Shown: positions 31,270 to 40,409 of the stretch, piece by piece
How positions within the stretch are numbered: position 1 is the stretch's first letter
How the letters are laid out: every line of letters starts with the position of its first letter
Assembly (NCBI GenBank): GCA_050010755.1
Contig: JBEKKK010000001.1
Coordinates: forward strand, 448,001 to 512,000
Reading direction: 5' to 3'
DNA: 64,000 nucleotides
Origin: Candidatus Bathyarchaeia archaeon
GTDB taxonomy: Archaea > Thermoproteota > Bathyarchaeia > Bathyarchaeales > Bathycorpusculaceae
The notes under the pieces: model-generated
What the model was told of the DNA's origin: nothing
What the model saw: the letters and a program-made list of their open reading frames with translations, nothing else
Database searches by the model: none
Position numbers and translations under genes: made by a program

Positions 31270-31517
31270 CCTCCAGACTTCAACATCATCCCAAATTTTC
31301 TTTCACACGCATCGACACTAAGGCTTCATCTACGTCGCTTGGGGAGATTTTCCTACAATCTTCACAGTTGTGGCTTGTTTCACATTTTCTGGCGCAAAAC
31401 TGCTCCCTAATGTTTGAAAAGACTCGCCGTCTCCCCTCTTTATGCTGTGTAACATTTATTAACTCGCACATTTATTCCTACAATAATTCGAAAAAACATT
31501 TGTGGGAAAAACAAGTT

Positions 31518-32759
31518 ATGAGCGAAAAATCCACAGTCCTACCGCATCAACCCGAAATCAACATCGGAACCATGGGCCACGTTGACCATGGCAAAACAAC
31601 GCTGGTGCAGGCACTCACAGGCGTCTGGGCTTCAAGACACAGCGAGGAACTCAAGAGAGGCATAACAATCAAGCTAGGCTACGCCGACATGCCAGTATAC
31701 AAATGCCCAAATTGCCAACCGCCCAAAAACTACACGACAAAACCAGTCTGCCCCGCCTGCAGCTCAAAAGCAGTTTTCGAAAGAGCAGTCAGCTTCGTCG
31801 ACGCACCAGGACACGAAGCCCTCATGGCCACCATGCTGTCGGGAGCCGCAATCATGGACGGAGCCATACTCGTCATAGCCGCAGACGAACCATGCCCCCA
31901 ACCCCAAACAAGAGAACATCTAGCCGCAGCCAACGTTATCGGAATAAAAAACATCATCATCGTCCAGAACAAAATCGACATCATCGACGAAAAAAGAGCA
32001 CACCAAAGCTACACTGAAATCAAAAACTTCGTAAAAGGAACAGTCGCCCAAGACGCCCCGATAATACCAATCTCTGCACAAAGAGGAGTAAACATAGACA
32101 TCCTCCTCCAAGCCATGGAAGAACTCATGCCGACACCCAAAAGAGACGAAACAAAACCTCCATTCATGTACGTCGTCCGTTCATTCGACATAAACAAACC
32201 AGGCACCACCATCGACAAACTCGAAGGCGGAATCGTCGGAGGCACCATACTTGAGGGAAAACTCAAGATCGGAGACGAACTCGAAATCCGCCCCGGCATA
32301 GCGGCCGAAGGAAAAAACACGTACGTGCCCTTGACCAGCGAAATAGTCAGTCTGCAAGCCGGAGGAAAAAGAGTTGAAGAAGCCCACTGCGGAGGCCTGG
32401 TAGGCGTAGGCACGCTCCTAGACCCTTCGTACTCGAAAGCAGACGGACTGACAGGAAACATCGCTGGAAAAACAGGCATGCTCCCGCCGAACCTCACAGA
32501 GTTGACGCTAGAAACACAAATCCTCGACCGTGCAGTCGGAACAAAAGAACTCATGAAAATAGAAGAAATATCCATGAACGAAACCCTACTCCTGCACGTT
32601 GGCGCAGCCATAACCGTTGGAAAAGTGGCTTCAATAAGAAAAGACACCGTTCTCATCAAACTCACACGCCCAGTCTGCGCACAAACCGCCTCAAGAGTCG
32701 CACTGAGCAGAAAAATCGCCGGCAGATGGAGACTCATAGGCTACGGAAAGATACACTAG
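31518..32759 (+). CDS. eif2g: Translation initiation factor aIF-2 gamma subunit
   Basis: QPEINIGTMGHVDHGKTT, RGITIKLGY, DAPGHE, NKID, RWRLIGYG; start set at ATG 31518. Confidence 0.97.
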   Translation: MSEKSTVLPHQPEINIGTMGHVDHGKTTLVQALTGVWASRHSEELKRGITIKLGYADMPVYKCPNCQPPKNYTTKPVCPACSSKAVFERAVSFVDAPGHEALMATMLSGAAIMDGAILVIAADEPCPQPQTREHLAAANVIGIKNIIIVQNKIDIIDEKRAHQSYTEIKNFVKGTVAQDAPIIPISAQRGVNIDILLQAMEELMPTPKRDETKPPFMYVVRSFDINKPGTTIDKLEGGIVGGTILEGKLKIGDELEIRPGIAAEGKNTYVPLTSEIVSLQAGGKRVEEAHCGGLVGVGTLLDPSYSKADGLTGNIAGKTGMLPPNLTELTLETQILDRAVGTKELMKIEEISMNETLLLHVGAAITVGKVASIRKDTVLIKLTRPVCAQTASRVALSRKIAGRWRLIGYGKIH

Positions 32760-32760
32760 C

Positions 32761-33183
32761 ATGACAACGAAACCCACACCGACAAAAAGAACCACAAGAG
32801 TAATTCTAGACTCAAACGCACTGTTCGTTCCAATTCAACTTAAGATAGATATTTTTCAAGAGTTGAAAACACTGCTTAACAGAAACTTTGAGCCTGTGCT
32901 TCTCAAACCGATTCAAAAGGAGTTAGAAAGACTCGCGAGGGAAGGCTCTCCCCAAACGAGGAAAACAGCATCATACGCTCTCAAGCTCGCTGAAAAATGC
33001 ATGATAGTCGCCGTAAAAGAAGAAGCAGCTTCGCCGGACGACATAATCTTTCAAACAGCCCGCAGATGGAACTGCCCAGTTTTCACCAACGACAAAGAAC
33101 TCAGAGAGAAGCTAAGAAATATAAATGTGCCAGTTATCTATGTGAGGCAAAAGTCACGTCTGGAAATTGACGGGAGGCTATAA
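32761..33183 (+). CDS. PIN-domain (Fcf1/Utp24-like) rRNA processing protein
   Basis: VILDSNAL, DD.I, TNDKELR; conserved position after eif2g. Confidence 0.85.
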   Translation: MTTKPTPTKRTTRVILDSNALFVPIQLKIDIFQELKTLLNRNFEPVLLKPIQKELERLAREGSPQTRKTASYALKLAEKCMIVAVKEEAASPDDIIFQTARRWNCPVFTNDKELREKLRNINVPVIYVRQKSRLEIDGRL

Positions 33184-33186
33184 CCC

Positions 33187-33804
33187 CTGTTTAAACTTAT
33201 AACCCTAGAAGACACAATTCGAATTCCGCCCGAAACATTCGGCAACCCACTTGAAGCAGTGGGCCTTCAACAAGTCAAAACAAAATACGAAGGAAACGTA
33301 GACGAAGAACTGGGCTACGTCATCGCCGTAGTCGACGTAAAAGTTAGCCCAATAGGGAAAATAATCCCAGGAGACGGCGCCACATTTCACAAAGTCAACT
33401 TTTCACTGCTAACATTCTACCCCAAGATTCAGGAAGTCGTAGAAGGCGAAGTTGTGGAAATAGCCGATTTTGGCGCCTTCGTCCGCATAGGACCCATCGA
33501 CGCCCTGCTTCACGTTTCCCAGTTAATGGATGACTTCATCTCATACGACGAGAAACAAGGCGTCCTGCTGGGCAAAGAATCCCGGCGAAAACTCATGAGC
33601 GGCGACCAAGTTCGAGTCCGCATAACGGCAGTTTCACTCGGCAAAGCAGGAAGCTCCGGAAAAATAGGCGTAACAGCCAGACAGCCCTTCCTAGGCAAAC
33701 TGGACTGGATTGAATACGATTTGCAGAAGAACAAAGAGGCCGCGGAGAAGAAGCCCGCACAGAAACAGGAAATTACAGCCCCTAAGAAAGGCGAAACTAA
33801 ATGA
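33187..33804 (+). CDS. rpoE1: RNA polymerase subunit Rpo7 (E'), CTG start
   Basis: (CTG)FKLITLEDTIRIPP...GDGA...EGEVVEIADFGAFVRIGPIDALLHVSQ; in-frame TAA two codons upstream of the CTG. Confidence 0.92.
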   Translation: MFKLITLEDTIRIPPETFGNPLEAVGLQQVKTKYEGNVDEELGYVIAVVDVKVSPIGKIIPGDGATFHKVNFSLLTFYPKIQEVVEGEVVEIADFGAFVRIGPIDALLHVSQLMDDFISYDEKQGVLLGKESRRKLMSGDQVRVRITAVSLGKAGSSGKIGVTARQPFLGKLDWIEYDLQKNKEAAEKKPAQKQEITAPKKGETK

Positions 33805-33986
33805 GCGAAAAAGCATGCGCCACGTGCCACTTTCTGACGAAAGAAAACACTTGCCCCAAATGCAAAACGGCAACCCTAAGCGACGATTTCGGTGGGCTGG
33901 TCATAGTTTTCGACCCGGAGAACTCGGCGATTGCAAAAGCCATGGGGATCAAAGAGAAAGGACGTTACGCCCTAAAGGTTAGATAA
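33801..33986 (+). CDS. spt4: Transcription elongation factor Spt4 (RpoE'')
   Basis: ACATC...CPKC...S.IAK.MGI...GRYALKVR. Confidence 0.93.
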   Translation: MSEKACATCHFLTKENTCPKCKTATLSDDFGGLVIVFDPENSAIAKAMGIKEKGRYALKVR

Positions 33987-34517
33987 ATGCCCATTAAATA
34001 CAACTTGACGCCGGAACTGCGCGCAAAACTCAAACAACCGTTGGGCACACTTATTCGGGGCTCATTCACTGAAACTACAAATAGGTTCATTGAGATGGTG
34101 AATGCGGAGCACCCACCCAGCATTATAGCCGTCGGAGACACTGTCTCAGAAAACCTGGCCAAAAGTCATATTCTCGTGAAATTGTCAATAATAGACAATA
34201 AATGTATGAGGAAGAATGTTCAACCGAAGCCGCTTGGGATAGAAAAAGCCTTCCACGTCAAGAATCCGCAGGGAACGATAACTGAAGAAGCGATTGCAGC
34301 AATTCAAGAAGCTTTGCAGAGTAGTCAGCCCACGAAGATAGTTGTTGAAGGTGAAGAAGACTTGCTGACGCTGATCGCTATCATGAATGCCACACAAGAC
34401 TCGTTCGTCCTTTACGGTCAACCCCACGAAGGAATCGTAGTCGTCAAAGTCACACAGGACAAGAAGACAAAGATATCAGAACTCCTCAAAGCCATGGAAA
34501 AAGGTTCGAAAAACTAA
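33987..34517 (+). CDS. GTP-dependent dephospho-CoA kinase (DUF359)
   Basis: LKQPLG, VGD, NPQGTI, EGEEDLL, YGQPHEG. Confidence 0.9.
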   Translation: MPIKYNLTPELRAKLKQPLGTLIRGSFTETTNRFIEMVNAEHPPSIIAVGDTVSENLAKSHILVKLSIIDNKCMRKNVQPKPLGIEKAFHVKNPQGTITEEAIAAIQEALQSSQPTKIVVEGEEDLLTLIAIMNATQDSFVLYGQPHEGIVVVKVTQDKKTKISELLKAMEKGSKN

Positions 34518-34560
34518 ATAAGAGGCATCGCATCAAGTCAACACCGCACGAGGAAAACTC

Positions 34561-34875
34561 ATGGAAATCAAGATAACATCACAGAAAGAAAACCCGCTGC
34601 TGAAAAGGAAGGAGATACAATTTGATGTGGACCACTCCACCGGGAGCACTCCGCCCAGACTTGAAGTAAGAAGAGCAGTGGCCACCGCCTTGAAATCGAA
34701 CGTCGAGTTGGTTTTCATAAAAAAGTTCGAGACCAAAACGGGCACACATACAGCAGCAGGAGCCGCAAACCTCTACGAATCCATTGAGCAAGCAAAGCTT
34801 ATTGAACCTGAATACATTGTAAAAAGGAACGTACCGCCTGAAAAGCCCAAAGAAGAAGCAAAGGAGCAGAAGTAG
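34561..34875 (+). CDS. rps24e: 30S ribosomal protein S24e
   Basis: ENPLLKRKEI...TPPR. Confidence 0.93.
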   Translation: MEIKITSQKENPLLKRKEIQFDVDHSTGSTPPRLEVRRAVATALKSNVELVFIKKFETKTGTHTAAGAANLYESIEQAKLIEPEYIVKRNVPPEKPKEEAKEQK

Positions 34876-34878
34876 ACC

Positions 34879-35235
34879 ATGTCCAAGAAAGCCGAGAAGA
34901 AAGAGGCACCAAAGAAAGAGGAACCGAAGAAGGGAGAAGAGCCCAAGAAAGGAGAACCGCCTAAGAAGGAGACCAAAAAGGTAGCGGTAGAAGCGCCCGT
35001 GGCAGCGCCGAAGGAAGAGCCAAAGCCAGCAAAGGTTGAAAAGGCACCGAAACCTGAGAAAAAGAAGAAAGAAGAGAAGGGTGTCTTCAAGCTGTACAAA
35101 GTTGAGAGCGACAAGGTCACCAGGCTTCGTCCCACGTGCGAACGTTGTGGACCGGGCTACTTCATGGCCGATCATGGCAACAGGTACACATGCGGACACT
35201 GTGGATTTACAAAGTACAAACCTGCTAAAGAATGA
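34879..35235 (+). CDS. rps27ae: 30S ribosomal protein S27ae (eS31) with long Lys/Glu/Pro N-terminal extension
   Basis: CERCGPGYFMADH..RYTCGHCG. Confidence 0.92.
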   Translation: MSKKAEKKEAPKKEEPKKGEEPKKGEPPKKETKKVAVEAPVAAPKEEPKPAKVEKAPKPEKKKKEEKGVFKLYKVESDKVTRLRPTCERCGPGYFMADHGNRYTCGHCGFTKYKPAKE

Positions 35236-35272
35236 ACAGCTTTAAATCAACCGAAGGCTTGAATGTTCTCCG

Positions 35273-35707
35273 TTGATGAGTAAGATGATCCGCGTGAACG
35301 TTTCCATATCGAACGTTTCTGCAGAACGTTTTCTGGACATAAGAAAACCCATGCCAGCCGTGCAGATAAACACCAACCTTAACTTAACAGGTATGGAGAA
35401 GAAACCAGATGATTCTCTTGAGGTCCCCTTTGTGCTTACAATTAATTACAATCCTTCGGTAGCACAGATAAACCTGAAGGGAAAGGCTTACGTGATGGGC
35501 GACAAGACTGAGATTGACAAAATATACAAGGACTTCGAAGAAAAGAAACCTCCTCCGCCAACTATCGTACAATCAGTTTCAAACGTCGCGTTCATCGAAT
35601 CCGTGTTGATTTCCAGAACAATAAGCATCCCGCCGCCTATCCCACTGCCGCAGATAACTGAAACAAAAGCTGCCGAAAAACCCTCTGGCAGAGACTACAG
35701 CGCTTAA
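35273..35707 (+). CDS. Conserved archaeal hypothetical protein
   Basis: INYNPSVA.I..KG.A...IPPPIPLP pattern; TTTAAA upstream. Confidence 0.7.
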   Translation: MMSKMIRVNVSISNVSAERFLDIRKPMPAVQINTNLNLTGMEKKPDDSLEVPFVLTINYNPSVAQINLKGKAYVMGDKTEIDKIYKDFEEKKPPPPTIVQSVSNVAFIESVLISRTISIPPPIPLPQITETKAAEKPSGRDYSA

Positions 35708-35734
35708 TGCAATGGAAGGACAAAGTCATTAAAG

Positions 35735-36139
35735 TTATTTCAGGGGTACGTACATCGAAGAACGCGAGGCTCCGATGCCCGGGGTTCCATGTCTGACAGG
35801 TTTGTTCGTGACCGCAAACTCCCCGAGATAGTGTCCAATCATGTCCGGCTTTATCTCCACTTGAACGAATTCCTTTCCGTTATGCACATGTATCGCAATG
35901 CCCACCATTTCAGGGAGGATAATCATGTTTCTAACGTGTGTCTTGACGGTTGGGCTTCCTCCCTTTCTGAGTTCTTCCATCGACCTCCTCACTTTTTCAA
36001 GCAGTATCCTCTGTTCTGGCTGCAGGCCGCGATGGAGGCTTCTCCTCTGCCTTGAAGGGAGCAGATTGATGAACTCGTCCATCGACATACTCTGCAACTG
36101 ATTGAGCGTCAACCCGCGATACATAAAATCTTTGGGCAT
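35735..36139 (-). CDS. rps19p: 30S ribosomal protein S19
   Basis: [15 protein letters not shown]...HNGK...MIGHYLGEF. Confidence 0.97.
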   Translation of the reverse strand: MPKDFMYRGLTLNQLQSMSMDEFINLLPSRQRRSLHRGLQPEQRILLEKVRRSMEELRKGGSPTVKTHVRNMIILPEMVGIAIHVHNGKEFVQVEIKPDMIGHYLGEFAVTNKPVRHGTPGIGASRSSMYVPLK

Positions 36140-36169
36140 TCTTCTTCACCTGATCCGTGGTTCTTAATG

Positions 36170-36946
36170 CTATAAATCTTCTGCTTGTCTACTCATCTTT
36201 TCTTTTTCACGTGCACTCTTTGCTTTCCTTCCTGTTCCTCTAGCCGCAATCAGCCCGACCTTCTGGCCTGGTGGAGCGCCGTGAGAGGTCGTCGTCGCTT
36301 TCCGCGAGCTTCTCTTGCTGCTCCCGTAAGGATGCACTGCAGCAACCATTTTTCTACCGCTCGTCCTCGGATATTTGCGCCCTCGTGCCCTCATTAAATG
36401 GAATTTTGCACCTGCCTTCAGAAAAGGTTTATCTGTTCTTCCGGACGCTGAAACTATGCCGATTGTCGCTCTGCAGTGGTCAGCAATGTATTTTGCTCTT
36501 CCAGACGGAAGCTTCACCATAGTTCCCTGCGGAGTATGGTTCACCACCGTTGCGTATGCTCCTGAAGATCGCGAGAGTTTGCCACCGTCTCCCGGGCGCA
36601 GTTCAATGTTGCATATCATGGTGCCCTCCGGCACTTTTCCAACCGGAAGGATGTTGCCAACGTCAACAGGGGCTCTTCCGCCAATCTGGATTTGTAAGCC
36701 TGTGTAAACCCCTTCAGGAACGACGGTGTAACATGTTTCGCCGTTCTCGAACCTTATTAGAGCAAGAGGTGCGCCCCTTCCCGGATCATGCACAAGCTCT
36801 TCAATCACGCCTTTGATTGCTGCCTCAAAGTTTTCCTTCGGCCCGATTTTTGAAGGGTACCTCGCCGGAGCAACTCTCTTGTGAGTTGAAGCGCGGAACG
36901 TGGAACCGCCGCGCCCGCGTCTTTGAACACGAATTCTTTTTCCCAT
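36170..36946 (-). CDS. rpl2p: 50S ribosomal protein L2
   Basis: MGKRIRVQRRGRG, HDPGRGAP, GQKVGLIAAR. Confidence 0.97.
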   Translation of the reverse strand: MGKRIRVQRRGRGGSTFRASTHKRVAPARYPSKIGPKENFEAAIKGVIEELVHDPGRGAPLALIRFENGETCYTVVPEGVYTGLQIQIGGRAPVDVGNILPVGKVPEGTMICNIELRPGDGGKLSRSSGAYATVVNHTPQGTMVKLPSGRAKYIADHCRATIGIVSASGRTDKPFLKAGAKFHLMRARGRKYPRTSGRKMVAAVHPYGSSKRSSRKATTTSHGAPPGQKVGLIAARGTGRKAKSAREKEKMSRQAEDL

Positions 36947-36967
36947 CAGTCAACCCGCCATGCAAGG

Positions 36968-37228
36968 TTAGAGTATTCCAAGCTTAATCGCCACATCAGC
37001 CGCCTTGTAATCTGGGTGAAGCTTAACGAAGGCCTTCTTTTCTCCACTCGGAGTTACCAGAGTGTTAACGCTTTCAACCTTCACTTCGTACAATTCTTCA
37101 ACGGCCCTCTTAACATCGGCTTTAGTCGCTTTCAAACTGACTGCGAAGGCCAGCTTGTTCTCTTTCTCAACCCTCAGACTCGCGGACTCAGTCATCAACG
37201 GGTAGAGAACAACTTCATAAGGATCCAT
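36968..37228 (-). CDS. rpl23p: 50S ribosomal protein L23
   Basis: PLMTE...KV.SVNT...KKAFVKL. Confidence 0.95.
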   Translation of the reverse strand: MDPYEVVLYPLMTESASLRVEKENKLAFAVSLKATKADVKRAVEELYEVKVESVNTLVTPSGEKKAFVKLHPDYKAADVAIKLGIL

Positions 37229-38019
37229 TATTCCCGTTCTCCTTTACCGTAAATCTCGCCAAGTCTCTCAATCGCATTGCTCGTCCACACTGTTAACCGT
37301 CCAGGATGCGTGCCCGGAGCAAGCAGTTCAACGTTCAGATCAGCAACAGTCACAACATCCACACCAGGGACGTTCCTTGCGGCCTCAAGTATCCCCTTGT
37401 TCTCAGCCACCACCACGAGAGGTCCGACAGCCCTCTTCAGTTTCCTCCCTCTGCTCTTGCCTCTTCCGGCACGGACTCTCCTGCCCTCCCTTGCCCTGAA
37501 GATTTCGGACAAGATTCCTAAGTGTATGAAAGCTGCCTCTGCATCCTTCGTCTTGGTGAGACTCTCAAAATCGTTGGTCACTACCAACGGTATCTCTGCG
37601 ACATCCTCAATATGATGACCCCGTGAAGCAACAACCTCTTTTGACGCTGTTGCAGCTATCGCCGAAAGCAGAGCCAGGCGCTTTTCCTTTTTCGAGATCT
37701 TCTTGATAATGTTCTTCTCTGACTTCGGTGGATGAGCTTGTCTACCGCTGACGGTTCCCGGAGCGAAAGCTGCCTCTCCTCCCGGGCCTTTGCGCCTTGG
37801 AATACGAGCAATCCCTCCACCCGTACCGCGCGATTCTGCCGAAGTTCTTTTCCCAGCCATAGGATCCCTGCCCTGTCGTTGGATCCTGTTCGACTGCAAA
37901 GCTAGAACCGCTCGTTTTATGACGTCAGGCCTCAACGGTGTTGCAAAAACCTTCGGAAGCTCAACCTTCCCAGTTGCTTTCCCTTCCAGGCTCAGAACCT
38001 TCGCCACTCTTTTCACCAC
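37228..38019 (-). CDS. rpl4p: 50S ribosomal protein L4
   Basis: RPDVI, AGKRTSAES.GTG, LLAPGTHPGRLTVWT. Confidence 0.97.
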   Translation of the reverse strand: MVKRVAKVLSLEGKATGKVELPKVFATPLRPDVIKRAVLALQSNRIQRQGRDPMAGKRTSAESRGTGGGIARIPRRKGPGGEAAFAPGTVSGRQAHPPKSEKNIIKKISKKEKRLALLSAIAATASKEVVASRGHHIEDVAEIPLVVTNDFESLTKTKDAEAAFIHLGILSEIFRAREGRRVRAGRGKSRGRKLKRAVGPLVVVAENKGILEAARNVPGVDVVTVADLNVELLAPGTHPGRLTVWTSNAIERLGEIYGKGERE

Positions 38020-38032
38020 TAGATCTCACCTT

Positions 38033-39046
38033 TCATCTTCCTTGTGGCGACTCGAGTGAAACGTACGTGATTTGCGGCGGTTCTCCAGCGACATTCGTCG
38101 GTGGGCGAGCCGGAAAGCGCAACCGTATTGGACGTTTCTCAGTGCCTGCTATGCTCCCCGCAAGTATGACGTACGACCCGCGGACAAGACCGTACCTCAA
38201 AAAACCGCCCTTCGGCGTCACTTCCTTGCCATCCTTGCCGATCTTGAGGATGCGCTTGTTGTACTCCGTTCTTTGGTGATAGCCCATCTGTCCAGCTCTT
38301 GCGACGCTGTACATCACATGATGTGGATTCCACGGACCAAGCGTTGCAATGCCTCTTTTGGTTTTTCTTCCCTTCGCCTGAAGTATCGTGACGCCCCAAC
38401 GCTTCACTGGACCCTGCCATCCCTTCCCTGTCGACACGGAAGCTACGTCCACGTATTGGCCTTCCTTGAAGATCTCGGCACTGGTAACAGCCTTGCCCAT
38501 AAGGTTCTTCGCAAACTCGAATTGTTGCTGAACTGTTCCTCCGCCCAGCTCTATCTCCGCAACGTCGGGTTTTTTCTTTGAGAGTCTAGTCTCTTGAGGT
38601 TGAGTGACTGCGACAACGCGTATCTTCGCCACTTTGGCCAGGTCTTGTTCAATCCTCTTCAGGCCTTCTTCGGCCTTGAAGTTTTCGGGCAACGTGAACA
38701 CTCGTTCGAGGCTTTCTGGTGGATTTTTGACCCATGCTTCGGTGAGACTGCGCAAACCGTCCACGTTTCGGGTGTACGCCCTAGTGGCGCATATGAGGAG
38801 CGGTGGGGTTTCCAGAACCGTGGCGGCGCGGATAACTTCCTTTCCAAAGTCGGGTGATCGCTTGCTGTCCTCGATGGCGAACACGTGAGTCATTCCCGCC
38901 TTGTAAGCTATGAAGCCTAGAAGTCTCGGCGTTTCCGCCTCTGTCGGCGGCCAAAAGTTCATTCTTGCCAACAGATGCTCGGCGCGTTTCCTAGGCAAAT
39001 ATGCGAGCGAACCATGTCTGGGAGCGTGTGTTTTCCTGTGGCCCAT
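38033..39046 (-). CDS. rpl3p: 50S ribosomal protein L3
   Basis: PRHGSL..PRKRA, YKAGMTH, RAGQMGYHQRTEYNK. Confidence 0.97.
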   Translation of the reverse strand: MGHRKTHAPRHGSLAYLPRKRAEHLLARMNFWPPTEAETPRLLGFIAYKAGMTHVFAIEDSKRSPDFGKEVIRAATVLETPPLLICATRAYTRNVDGLRSLTEAWVKNPPESLERVFTLPENFKAEEGLKRIEQDLAKVAKIRVVAVTQPQETRLSKKKPDVAEIELGGGTVQQQFEFAKNLMGKAVTSAEIFKEGQYVDVASVSTGKGWQGPVKRWGVTILQAKGRKTKRGIATLGPWNPHHVMYSVARAGQMGYHQRTEYNKRILKIGKDGKEVTPKGGFLRYGLVRGSYVILAGSIAGTEKRPIRLRFPARPPTNVAGEPPQITYVSLESPQGR

Positions 39047-39280
39047 CGGTTTCCCACTTTGGTGTCTGTTTGGAATGAGAACAGCAAATCAGTGATGCTA
39101 CCTGAGTAGGCAGCATTTGGCTTGGTGTTTCACCCGTTTTTTAATGTGCTTTAACACAGAAGACGGGAGAGTATTTATGTCTTTTTCGGTTCGTCTGCCG
39201 TTCTGTGCCGGTTTTGTTTTTGGATGATGGTGTTTTGGGCTGTTTTTTTGTTTTCAGGCGTGGATTAGGCTTGGTCCACG

Positions 39281-39360
39281 ACTTGTTTCGACTTGTTTCG
39301 ACTTGAAATGACTCTGTTCGACTTGTTTCGACTGGATTCGTCTTGAAAAGACTTGATTCG
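39281..39360. repeat. Tandem array of 8 x 10-bp units (consensus ACTTGTTTCG), arranged as 2 x 40 bp
   Basis: acttgtttcg acttgtttcg acttgaaatg actctgttcg / acttgtttcg actggattcg tcttgaaaag acttgattcg. Confidence 0.88.
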
Positions 39361-39588
39361 TCGTAGGCTTGTTTGGCACAGGTGGTTTTGCAGAGACTCC
39401 CGCATTGGAGTTTGCTCCCTCGGAAAAACCTGTTTTATCGTGTTGCGTCATTGAAGTGAGCTGAAAGAGATAGTGTTACTTAGTAAGGATTCAAATAGCC
39501 AACGCGTACAACAAACTCGTGAAAAAAAGGCGATGTTCCTGGCAAGAGGATTGTTCCTTTGCCTTTCCTCATTATACATTACAGAAAA

Positions 39589-40191
39589 TCAGTCTGTGTA
39601 TCGTTTTTTTGAAATGGCGGCTTTGAGGGATAGAGTACGGTCTTCTTGTTCTTCCCGTTCGATTTCCTCAAGGGCAGCTTCCATGAGTCTTCTCATTCTG
39701 CGGTTTTCGATTCGTTTCAGAATTTCCTCGCGGGTCAGGTATCGAGATTGTGAATTTGTACCTGAGACGCCGTCGAACCATTCTCCTCCGAGGTCTAGTT
39801 TTTGCTCTGCGATCATCACTCGCGAGTCAGCGTTCTCTCGACTTGTCTTGATGTGGTAGTCATCGACACTCTTTACGCCGATCAGAATGCCTCTTGTATC
39901 ATAAATTTCAATGGAATTCAGACTCTTCTTGGGGTGTATTATGTGGAAGGAAGTTTCGAAGCCGCAGTCTGGACAATAGAACCGGATATTCTCAAACTTC
40001 TTGTCGTGTCTGAGCCTAAAGTTTTTTCCGCCACAGTGTTGGCAGCCCGAATGTGCACGCTCAGCTAATGCGGGGTTATTAACACTTGCCCACCTCAAGT
40101 ATTGAGCTTCAGAAGAGACATCATTCTCAAGATTCTGGAATTCGATCCAACTGTGTTTCCGACTCCTCCCACGCTTGTGTGCAGTCACCAA
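39589..40191 (-). CDS. Hypothetical zinc-ribbon protein
   Basis: CQHCGG...CPDCGF; charged helical C-terminus; GGTGAG SD-like sequence upstream. Confidence 0.65.
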   Translation of the reverse strand: MVTAHKRGRSRKHSWIEFQNLENDVSSEAQYLRWASVNNPALAERAHSGCQHCGGKNFRLRHDKKFENIRFYCPDCGFETSFHIIHPKKSLNSIEIYDTRGILIGVKSVDDYHIKTSRENADSRVMIAEQKLDLGGEWFDGVSGTNSQSRYLTREEILKRIENRRMRRLMEAALEEIEREEQEDRTLSLKAAISKKRYTD

Positions 40192-40409
40192 CGCTCACCA
40201 TCCTAACAGTTCAGCCGCTGAGATTCAAACCCATACTGCCTTTTGGCAAACACCAACTAACCATGAACTGATTCGGGATATAAAACTCTATTCGGGTTCA
40301 CAACTACGCCAGCAAGATTCCTCTCTCGTCTAGCCAGATTTAGGCGCTTCACTATGAGCTTTCGGAAAATTGTTAAATTCCAGCATGCCTACGCTTCTGA
40401 GGGGATGAC

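Noticed and set aside
31286-31471. 61-aa Cys-rich antisense ORF between rps6e and eif2g
   Set aside because: It could be a real microprotein (CxxxC...CxxC), but the start context is unconvincing and it overlaps the eif2g upstream region. Left uncalled pending a homology search.
31368-31517. N-terminal extensions of eif2g (and of the APH and bactofilin-like ORFs) in the ORF track
   Set aside because: The extensions cover promoter-like sequence. Better downstream starts match the family N-terminus or follow an SD-like sequence.
39281-39360. CRISPR array
   Set aside because: Units are 10 bp and contiguous with no spacers, and there are no cas genes in the window.
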